NCBI GenBank assembly: GCA_964534625.1
Contig: CAZHRF010000060.1
Span: 1-14,472 of the forward strand
Length of the DNA stretch: 14,472 nucleotides
From: an uncultured archaeon
Lineage (GTDB): Archaea > Asgardarchaeota > Heimdallarchaeia > Heimdallarchaeales > Heimdallarchaeaceae
Direction of reading: 5' to 3'
Shown: piece after piece, positions 8,137 through 14,472 of the stretch
How the letters are laid out: each line of letters opens with the position of its first letter
Position numbering within the stretch: position 1 is the stretch's first letter
The notes under the pieces: generated by a model
What the model saw: the letters and a program-made list of their open reading frames with translations, nothing else
Told to the model about the DNA's origin: nothing
Databases searched by the model: none
Translations under genes and position numbers: made by a program

Positions 8137-9495
8137 ATGGGTAGAAATATGCATATAGGGGAAACAGCAACTCTAGTTTATACAAAAAAGGAGCAATATA
8201 TGACACTAATAGGTGTTGTTATGGCGTGGATGTTTGATGCTGCAGACTATCTATTGATTACATTCCTTATTGTTCAAATTGGAGACCCTAGTTCTCTTAA
8301 CTTTGGCAATCAAACCAGAGGATGGCTGATGGGAATTCAGCTTCTAGGCACAGGTATTGGTGGCATAATTTTTGGTTATTTAGGAGATAGTATTGGGAGA
8401 AAGCGCACACTGATCTCTGTTATTTGTATGTATAGTATTTTCACAGCTTTAACTGCTTTTGTGTACAATTTGAGTTTACTTTTTGTTATACGTTTCCTTA
8501 CTGGTGTTGGGGTTGGTGGGGTATGGGCTTTAGGAGCGAGTCTAATTAGTGAGGTATGGCCTAAAGAGAAACGTAATGTGGGAATAGCGATTACTCAGTC
8601 AGGATGGCCCTTAGGTGAGCTTATTGCCGCATTAATGGTTACTTTTCTCGCTGCACCTTTTGATGAGATGAATTTATCTTTAGGGTCTCTACCTTTCGAA
8701 GGTTGGAGAGTATGCTTCCTTTTTGGAGGAGGATCTATTTTTTCTGCGATTTTCATTCATTTCTTCGTACCTGAATCTAAGAGCTGGAAATCTGTAAAAG
8801 GACAAGTAAAAGGAGAAATTCAATTAAGAAAAAAGAGGATTGATTTAACTGTTTTTAAAAAACTGTTTTCGAAGGATTTAATCAAGATTTTCCTTTTAGG
8901 ACTTACTTTTGGAATAGCGGGTATGCAAACATTTTATGCCATAAACTCATGGTTACCTCAATATGTTCAAGAATTTAAAACATTAAAAGAAACAGCATTG
9001 ATGATAGGATTATTTTGGGGAACAACAGGATACATAGGACATATATTGTTCGGGTTCATTTCTAATGAGATAGGCAGAAAACCCACTTTTATAACATACT
9101 CGTTATTAGTCGTCATATCGGGAGTAGTCCTCGCTTTATGGGCAAAGTACACTTGGGGCTTGTATATGGGGATAGGACTGTTTACTTTTGGATGTGGATA
9201 TTTTTCTGCCTTTGGAGCAGTTTTCAGCGAAATATATCCTACTGAAGTTCGTTCTACTGCAGCTTCTATCTCTTATAATGGCGCAAGAGGCTTTAGTCTA
9301 CTCGCACCTGTTTTAGTTGTTATTATTGGTAATCTCTTCGGAGGGATGCAATGGGGGATTTTTGTTGGAGGTTTCTTTGTAATTGTTAGTTCAATTATCC
9401 TATTCTTCCTTCCGACTAAAGAAGGTCAAAATATAGCCCTGGTTCGAACTGCAAATGTAATTATAGAAAGGGAACTAGAAAAAGAAAAACATTAA
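8137..9495 (+). CDS. MFS transporter (aromatic acid/sialate:H+ symporter-like)
   Basis: About 12 TMs, motif A GYLGDSIGRKRTL, RFLTGVGVGG, SEVWPKEKR and SEIYPTEVRSTA. The start may be ATG 8149 (TATA-like TTTTATC at 8121). Confidence 0.95.
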   Translation: MGRNMHIGETATLVYTKKEQYMTLIGVVMAWMFDAADYLLITFLIVQIGDPSSLNFGNQTRGWLMGIQLLGTGIGGIIFGYLGDSIGRKRTLISVICMYSIFTALTAFVYNLSLLFVIRFLTGVGVGGVWALGASLISEVWPKEKRNVGIAITQSGWPLGELIAALMVTFLAAPFDEMNLSLGSLPFEGWRVCFLFGGGSIFSAIFIHFFVPESKSWKSVKGQVKGEIQLRKKRIDLTVFKKLFSKDLIKIFLLGLTFGIAGMQTFYAINSWLPQYVQEFKTLKETALMIGLFWGTTGYIGHILFGFISNEIGRKPTFITYSLLVVISGVVLALWAKYTWGLYMGIGLFTFGCGYFSAFGAVFSEIYPTEVRSTAASISYNGARGFSLLAPVLVVIIGNLFGGMQWGIFVGGFFVIVSSIILFFLPTKEGQNIALVRTANVIIERELEKEKH

Positions 9496-9575
9496 ATAAA
9501 TTACCCACAATTTTTTTATTCATCTAGTATCTATTTCAAATACACCACAAGATAATTTTACATCAGGTAAGAACA

Positions 9576-10592
9576 ATGAAAAATCCTCTCTATGCGATTT
9601 TTAATCCATTTGAATTAGAAAACTTTCTTAAACGTTTCAAACTTGATATAGAAGATTGCTTCGTCTCTTTTGTAGGCTGGAACAAACATACAATTATGTG
9701 TGGAGATAAAGTCTTTCTTTTTCCTCGTAATCCATCAAAGGTTCCCAATTTCAATAAAGAAATTAGAATATATCAAAAAGCCATAAATCACCCTCAGTTA
9801 CTTGCTCCTCGACTCATAGAACTTGTAAACGATAAAAGAATCAACTATTATCCATTTGCTGTGGTAAGTAAATTCAATGGGCAACTTCTCACAAAATATC
9901 TAAAAGATATAAATAATCAACAAATGAAACATTTTCTTCTTCAGCTTACAAAAAAAATTGCGGCCTATCATGAAATAGATATAGCAGAGTTCCCCTTCCT
10001 GAATAAGAGACTGATCCAATCCCGACGTAAATTATTGATTAAAAAATGGCAAGAGGATATACTTTCTCTACTAACCTTCGAAAAAACTTTCCATCAAACA
10101 TTTACATGGATAGAAGCGAATTTTAACAAATTATCAATAAAACTAGGAGCTACATGGGAGAGGAAAAAGCAACAAATTTATACAATACTACAAGAGATAG
10201 CTTCGTTAGATAGAGTCTTAATCCATGGAGATATACATGAAGATCAAATCTTTGTCATGAAAAAAGAAGATGAGCTGATCATTGAAGGGATTATTGATTG
10301 GGAAACAGCAACGGTTTTTAATCCTATCCTCGATTTTAATTTTGGAGAATGGGGAATAGAATTATGGGAGTTTGAAAAAAAATTTAGTGAATGGAGAAAA
10401 CAAATTTGGCACATATATCAACAAGAGAGGAACATACAATTAAAATCAGATAGAGGTTTAGATGTTTTCTACAAGATTCAAGAATTTGTATGCTTACTGA
10501 ATGAAGAAAAACATCAACTAATGAATATAAGTAAAGAAGAATTAGAAAAGAAAATGTTCAACAAATTACGGGAAATAAGAGAAAATCTCTAA
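9576..10592 (+). CDS. Aminoglycoside phosphotransferase/choline-kinase-like (APH family) protein
   Basis: Brenner-type motif LIHGDIHEDQIF, Mg-binding GIIDWE, and N-lobe GWN ... FPR ... KE. Confidence 0.88.
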   Translation: MKNPLYAIFNPFELENFLKRFKLDIEDCFVSFVGWNKHTIMCGDKVFLFPRNPSKVPNFNKEIRIYQKAINHPQLLAPRLIELVNDKRINYYPFAVVSKFNGQLLTKYLKDINNQQMKHFLLQLTKKIAAYHEIDIAEFPFLNKRLIQSRRKLLIKKWQEDILSLLTFEKTFHQTFTWIEANFNKLSIKLGATWERKKQQIYTILQEIASLDRVLIHGDIHEDQIFVMKKEDELIIEGIIDWETATVFNPILDFNFGEWGIELWEFEKKFSEWRKQIWHIYQQERNIQLKSDRGLDVFYKIQEFVCLLNEEKHQLMNISKEELEKKMFNKLREIRENL

Positions 10593-10689
10593 AAGAAGAA
10601 AAGATGCGAGTGCTAAATAAAAGCGACTTAAGAAAGCGAACTTACTCCCAACAAGAAAAAATTCGAAAAAAATAAATAAAGAGCGAGAA

Positions 10690-10713
10690 AAAAGAAAAGA
10701 AAAGAAAAGAAAG
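10690..10713. repeat. (AAAAG)4 microsatellite within an A/G-rich spacer upstream of the tRNA
   Basis: Direct reading of the sequence. Confidence 0.6.
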
Positions 10714-10797
10714 TATAGTAAAATTTAAAATCCAGAGTAAAAAAAAGAAAGTAGAACGAAAAAATCATGAAAAAAGAGTCAAAGTATAAGCATGTAT

Positions 10798-10905
10798 GAC
10801 CGGGTAGTCAAGCTTGGTATGATGCATGCTTGGGGATAGTTTACCATAAATGGTTAACTACCAAGCTGCATGTGGCCCCGAGTTCAAATCTCGGCCTGGT
10901 CACCA
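10798..10905 (+). tRNA. tRNA-Pro (anticodon GGG) with a 31-nt intron at the canonical 37/38 position and encoded CCA
   Basis: Acceptor GACCGGG/CCTGGTC, D arm GTCA/TGAT, anticodon stem CATGC/GCATG, loop TT-GGG-G|intron 10836-10866|T, T arm CCGAG-TTCAAAT-CTCGG, and ACCA 3' end. Confidence 0.95.
10836..10866 (+). other. Archaeal tRNA intron with strict bulge-helix-bulge motif
   Basis: Central 4-bp helix TTGG (10830-33)/CCAA (10861-64), 3-nt bulges GGA and GCT, and intron hairpin TAGTTTACCA-TAAA-TGGTTAACTA. Confidence 0.93.
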
Positions 10906-10907
10906 TG

Positions 10908-10923
10908 ATTTTCTTTTTCTTTT
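10908..10923 (+). terminator. Oligo-T terminator of the tRNA gene
   Basis: T-rich run (TTTTCTTTTTCTTTT) immediately after CCA. Confidence 0.5.
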
Positions 10924-10946
10924 CCCATTGTGTTTTTTCCCATATT

Positions 10947-10954
10947 TTTATATA
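10947..10954 (+). promoter_or_regulatory. Candidate TATA box for the downstream large ORF
   Basis: TTTATATA about 22 bp upstream of the in-frame GTG at 10976. Confidence 0.4.
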
Positions 10955-10975
10955 AAAAACTCTCGTTCATTATTT

Positions 10976-13285
10976 GTGTTTCATCAAGCAGTTAAGTTAT
11001 TCTTTAATCAAGAGTTACACTCTTTAGACTCTTCTATTTCTTTTAACACCTTCTATTCCTATTTTACTGGGCTTTGCTCACGTTTTTCTAAATATTTTCA
11101 TTCACCCTTACCTGTTGATCATGAACTTATTGATATCATTTCTTCTTTCTTTTCTTCTCTCTCCACTTTTTTATTCAATTCGTTTTTTCCCTCTTCTTCG
11201 GCTAATCCTTCATTTCTTGTTCTTTCTTCTTCCGAGTCGTATATTTTATCAAGATATTTTCTTTATTGTTCTTCTTATCCTATCACTTGGCGTAAACATT
11301 CTTTTGAATCTCTTATGAAAGCATGGAGAAAGATACATTCCTTTTTCAATAATACTGCTACTGGTGATAACCCAGTAACTAATGAATTATTATTTCGACA
11401 TGCACGCACCTCTCTTCACGGATTTGATCAAGTTGACATTTTTACTTCTTCATCACTTTCGAGCGAATCTTTTCATTTGAATATTGTAGAATTCAAAGGT
11501 CAATTAAGTTATCGTAATATGCTTATTAACGTTACCAACCCTCGTTATCGTAATTCGGATCATTTTTTAACTATCCTTCACCAAATTAAGTTATATTACA
11601 AAGATCATATATCACATTTATTGAAAAAAGCCAAAGTATCTACTAATGATATTCAAGACTTTTTTACTTATTTCAATCAACTACTTACAAACAGATACAA
11701 ATATACAGCTACAGGGATTGGTAATGATTTTCTCCTAAAATTATCTAGTGGAAACTTTCTTTCTGTTTTATCTGATTATATGCTTAAAAGTAAAATTTTT
11801 GATATTTCTTCTCTCTTCACTTTTTTAAAATTAGTTATCAAATACAACCAATTAATTGCTTTAACTCAAAATGCCAGCTGTTTTAACGTTTTATTAAAGA
11901 AAAATGACCTCTCTCTTACCTGTACAATTGATAAAAACATATTACAACGATGTATTATTTCTATTTCTTCAAACTCAAACGAACATTCTTTTTCATTTGA
12001 GGATTTTCTGGTAAAATTTAAAACAGATAGCTGCCCTGACGGAGATCCTCTCTTTTTGATGTACCTTGAAAAAAAAATCAAGAATACAGATTCGACTACT
12101 AGGCTAGTCCATGTTATTAAAGAATATACTCTTTCTGATTTTCAAAAAATGATTCTTCAACCTTCTTTATTTCTTCAAAGCATGAATACCATTCAAAACG
12201 AGTTTTTGATGCAGATATTAAATTATTTAATTAAAAACAAACTGAATGATCAACCTATAATCACTTATAGTTTAGAACTGTGTTATTCTGGAAATAGAAA
12301 CAATTTATCTTTTATTTCTCAGAGAATGAACAACTACCTTATCTACAAATACGATAAAATAACTAATTTACTACTTCCCAAGAGAGTTATTTTCAATTCT
12401 AAAAGGGACACATCAGCCTATGAAAAAATCGTAAAATCCTTTAATCTATCAAAGATCCTTGAAAAGTCAGATAGAACTATTGATTCCTTGCTTGATGATA
12501 TAACTAATGATTGTTCTTATTCTTATGCCTTTGACAAACAGTTTTTCTTTATCAGTTTACTTAAAAAGCGGACTCCGTTTATTTATCCGCGTTTAACACA
12601 TTTCGAAAACAATAATTGTTCATTATACGATACAAAACACATAATTTTTTATTCAACAAATCTCCAATTGTTACGTAGTGATAAGTATCATATTTCAACG
12701 ATCTATTATCCTCGATTGGCATTTTCTTGGGGAACTTTTTTTGATCATACTGAATTAAACAAATTTACTATGAGCAGTCCTTTTACTCTTTATAAAGAAA
12801 GAGAAGGATTGGTTTTTAGATTATTTCGCAAACCCAATACTAAAAAATATGTCAAATCTTGGAAGAAATTGCTCGCAGATAGAAATTACAAACGCTCCAC
12901 TATTGATTTACTGGATAAATATCAAGCTTCAAAGGGTATAGTTATCAGAAAAAAAGGGAAAAAATGCAAGCAAACGCTTGAAATTCTTCAAGTAATAATT
13001 ACAGAATATGTTACTAACTGGAATATATTCTCAGATTGGATTCGAAACCATCACAAAAAGGGAAATGAAGTCAAATTTGAATCCTTTGTTGATAATTATT
13101 TCAGAAAACAATTCAAGATAGAGAATAACAGCTATAAATTTGCAAACCAAAAGTTTCTACCAGCTGTCTCCACAATCAATAATAGTTCAATAACTTACTC
13201 TTTCCTTTTCCCTTCTCATAATTTATTTTTATTACAATTCATGATATCACTTAGTAAGGACCTAGAACTAGCTAATAACGAGTAA
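10976..13285 (+). CDS. Large hypothetical protein with PD-(D/E)XK nuclease-like domain(s); start revised from 10850
   Basis: The ORF-track start at 10850 lies inside the tRNA intron. In-frame GTG 10976 (after a TATA box) or ATG 11315 are plausible starts. Motifs NE...QVDIF...IVEFK...QIKLY. Confidence 0.7.
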   Translation: MFHQAVKLFFNQELHSLDSSISFNTFYSYFTGLCSRFSKYFHSPLPVDHELIDIISSFFSSLSTFLFNSFFPSSSANPSFLVLSSSESYILSRYFLYCSSYPITWRKHSFESLMKAWRKIHSFFNNTATGDNPVTNELLFRHARTSLHGFDQVDIFTSSSLSSESFHLNIVEFKGQLSYRNMLINVTNPRYRNSDHFLTILHQIKLYYKDHISHLLKKAKVSTNDIQDFFTYFNQLLTNRYKYTATGIGNDFLLKLSSGNFLSVLSDYMLKSKIFDISSLFTFLKLVIKYNQLIALTQNASCFNVLLKKNDLSLTCTIDKNILQRCIISISSNSNEHSFSFEDFLVKFKTDSCPDGDPLFLMYLEKKIKNTDSTTRLVHVIKEYTLSDFQKMILQPSLFLQSMNTIQNEFLMQILNYLIKNKLNDQPIITYSLELCYSGNRNNLSFISQRMNNYLIYKYDKITNLLLPKRVIFNSKRDTSAYEKIVKSFNLSKILEKSDRTIDSLLDDITNDCSYSYAFDKQFFFISLLKKRTPFIYPRLTHFENNNCSLYDTKHIIFYSTNLQLLRSDKYHISTIYYPRLAFSWGTFFDHTELNKFTMSSPFTLYKEREGLVFRLFRKPNTKKYVKSWKKLLADRNYKRSTIDLLDKYQASKGIVIRKKGKKCKQTLEILQVIITEYVTNWNIFSDWIRNHHKKGNEVKFESFVDNYFRKQFKIENNSYKFANQKFLPAVSTINNSSITYSFLFPSHNLFLLQFMISLSKDLELANNE

Positions 13286-13370
13286 ATTAAACATGGGAAT
13301 TTTTATTTTTGCATTATGAAAAGAATCAACTTGATACTAATATATTACAAAAAAGTTTTACTAGACTAGT

Positions 13371-13410
13371 TTCTTGAAAACCCTGTTTTTTAGGGCAGGG
13401 ATGAAAAGAA
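13371..13410 (+). repeat. IS200/IS605-end-like / REP-like hairpin, copy B
   Basis: TTCTTGAAAACCCTGTTTTTTAGGGCAGGGATGAAAAGAA, 34/40 identical to the reverse complement of 2698-2737, located between convergent genes. Confidence 0.7.
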
Positions 13411-13428
13411 AGAAACAAAGAGAGATAT

Positions 13429-14262
13429 TTATTTTCCACCAAATATTTCTTGTGTAGGTACTAGTTGCTCTTTTTGTAAGGGAGCTTTGTCTTTGATAAT
13501 ATTTTTTGTTGTTAGTCTTTGTTCTTGTGTCGGGATCCAGATTTTTAGCACCCATAAGGCAATACACACCACTATCAAAAAGACAATCCCTTCTAGAATC
13601 CATAGAAGCCATATCTGGTCATTTCCTATTGTACCAATGCTCAAAGTGATTAACAACTCAAAGCCAAAATGCAATCCTATAGCCACCCACAACCCCGTTT
13701 TCTTTTTCCATTTTTCTTCAAACACCGCATAAAAGACTAGGAAACTCATGCTGACATGAAAAATCGAGGCTGAGATACGTTCGAAACCTCCTGCAAGAAC
13801 ATATGACCAAGGTAGACCTGTCGTAAAGAAACTATTCACATTAAAAATGAATAACAAGAGATATAAAAATAGAACCTCTGCTAAAGCCCATCCCAGGCCT
13901 AGAATTAATGGACCGCGGGAACGATCTTTTCTGATAGGTCTCACAGTAGTTGAAAGTATATAGCGCTTAATCTCTTCAAAAACACCAGCTAAAATGGGAC
14001 CTATCATGATGGCAGCTAAATTGAATTGAACCATGTTAATTATTTCAGAGTCATTAGTATTATTGATCCATTCAAATACTAAAGGTAAAATGCGGAGTGG
14101 AACCAATCTAATCAGATAAGCGATACACCAACCAAAAACTCCGAAAGCTAATATTAACCAATACTTCTTTTTACTTTCAACTCGAGAAATAGTTAAAAGA
14201 AAAATTGTCATAATCCCACCTAATAGACTACAGACAATAACTATAAACTGTATTGGGGTCAT
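13429..14262 (-). CDS. YhfC-like glutamic-type intramembrane protease (PrsW/CPBP superfamily)
   Basis: Multi-TM protein with AGVFEEIKRY, GLGWALAE, FERISASIFH and AIGLH motifs. Confidence 0.8.
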   Translation of the reverse strand: MTPIQFIVIVCSLLGGIMTIFLLTISRVESKKKYWLILAFGVFGWCIAYLIRLVPLRILPLVFEWINNTNDSEIINMVQFNLAAIMIGPILAGVFEEIKRYILSTTVRPIRKDRSRGPLILGLGWALAEVLFLYLLLFIFNVNSFFTTGLPWSYVLAGGFERISASIFHVSMSFLVFYAVFEEKWKKKTGLWVAIGLHFGFELLITLSIGTIGNDQIWLLWILEGIVFLIVVCIALWVLKIWIPTQEQRLTTKNIIKDKAPLQKEQLVPTQEIFGGK

Positions 14263-14283
14263 TAAAGTATTTGAATGTAACTT

Positions 14284-14292
14284 CTATATATT
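14284..14292 (-). promoter_or_regulatory. Archaeal BRE/TATA for 13429..14262
   Basis: Minus strand reads GAAAAAAC-AATATATAG about 22-30 bp upstream of the ATG. Confidence 0.45.
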
Positions 14293-14365
14293 GTTTTTCT
14301 ATGGTTAAAAATTTATTTTCATAGAAAAATGCTTTTTCGATATATCTTTGAGTTATTAAAAAAAA

Positions 14366-14464
14366 CATGAATCTTAGAGTTCATCTTATCTAACAAAAAT
14401 ATAGACTGCAAAGTATGATTAGCATAGGGAGAAATGACAACAGAGATGAACTTTGAAGTTCATG
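14366..14464. mobile_element. MITE-like element, copy 2 (99 bp, 21-bp imperfect TIRs, flanked by A8/A8)
   Basis: Ends CATGAATCTTAGAGTTCATCT ... AGATGAACTTTGAAGTTCATG. Flanks are A8 at 14358-14365 and A8 at 14465-14472. Confidence 0.78.
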
Positions 14465-14472
14465 AAAAAAAA

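Noticed and set aside
8084-8144. AGGTGAT followed by a 17-codon ORF (8091..8144), or a fluoride-riboswitch-like GGTGAT start
   Set aside because: The SD motif abuts the ATG with no spacer, and the downstream riboswitch consensus elements are absent.
10850-10975. N-terminal 42 codons of the 811-aa ORF
   Set aside because: They overlap the tRNA-Pro intron, 3' exon and terminator, so they are almost certainly not translated.
10870-13428. tRNA-targeted integrated element with a duplicated tRNA 3' end
   Set aside because: I found no second copy of the tRNA 3' sequence and no integrase in the window.
106-13732. Short ORFs 106..333, 1377..1640, 1953..2135, 7403..7633, 8967..9152, 11115..11318, 11866..12081, 13361..13612 and 13487..13732
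   Set aside because: Antisense or alternate-frame shadows of well-supported genes, with no recognisable motifs.
919-14464. The 100-bp repeats as integron attC sites or as attL/attR of a 13.5-kb integrated element
   Set aside because: The RYYYAAC/GTTRRRY ends are not conserved (ATCTAAC occurs only in copy 2). There is no integrase, the enclosed genes have mixed orientation and include a tRNA, and each copy has its own flanking duplication.
1-14472. CRISPR array or cas genes
   Set aside because: No regularly spaced direct repeats with unique spacers and no Cas-like ORFs.

Overview
AT-rich archaeal chromosomal window. Archaeal origin is shown by a tRNA-Pro(GGG) with a strict bulge-helix-bulge intron and by TATA boxes about 25 bp upstream of apparently leaderless genes. 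An Asgard/Heimdallarchaeia-like source is only an inference from the gene types. Coding content: a nitrilase-family hydrolase, two tandem paralogous 4-TM proteins, a beta-helix surface protein, a Zn-ribbon membrane protein, an ABC-2 exporter pair, an MFS transporter, an APH-like kinase, a large orphan protein right after the tRNA with PD-(D/E)XK nuclease motifs (possibly two tandem copies), and a YhfC-like intramembrane protease. The most unusual signals are non-coding. (1) Two diverged copies of a ~100-bp element (919-1018, 14366-14464) have CAT...RTG terminal inverted repeats that are themselves palindromic, and each copy is flanked on both sides by a homopolymer run (T7/T8 at one locus, A8/A8 at the other). 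This looks like a MITE family that duplicates oligo(A/T) target sites. (2) Two copies of a 40-bp IS200/IS605-end-like hairpin with compensatory changes (2698-2737, 13371-13410) occur with no transposase in the window.
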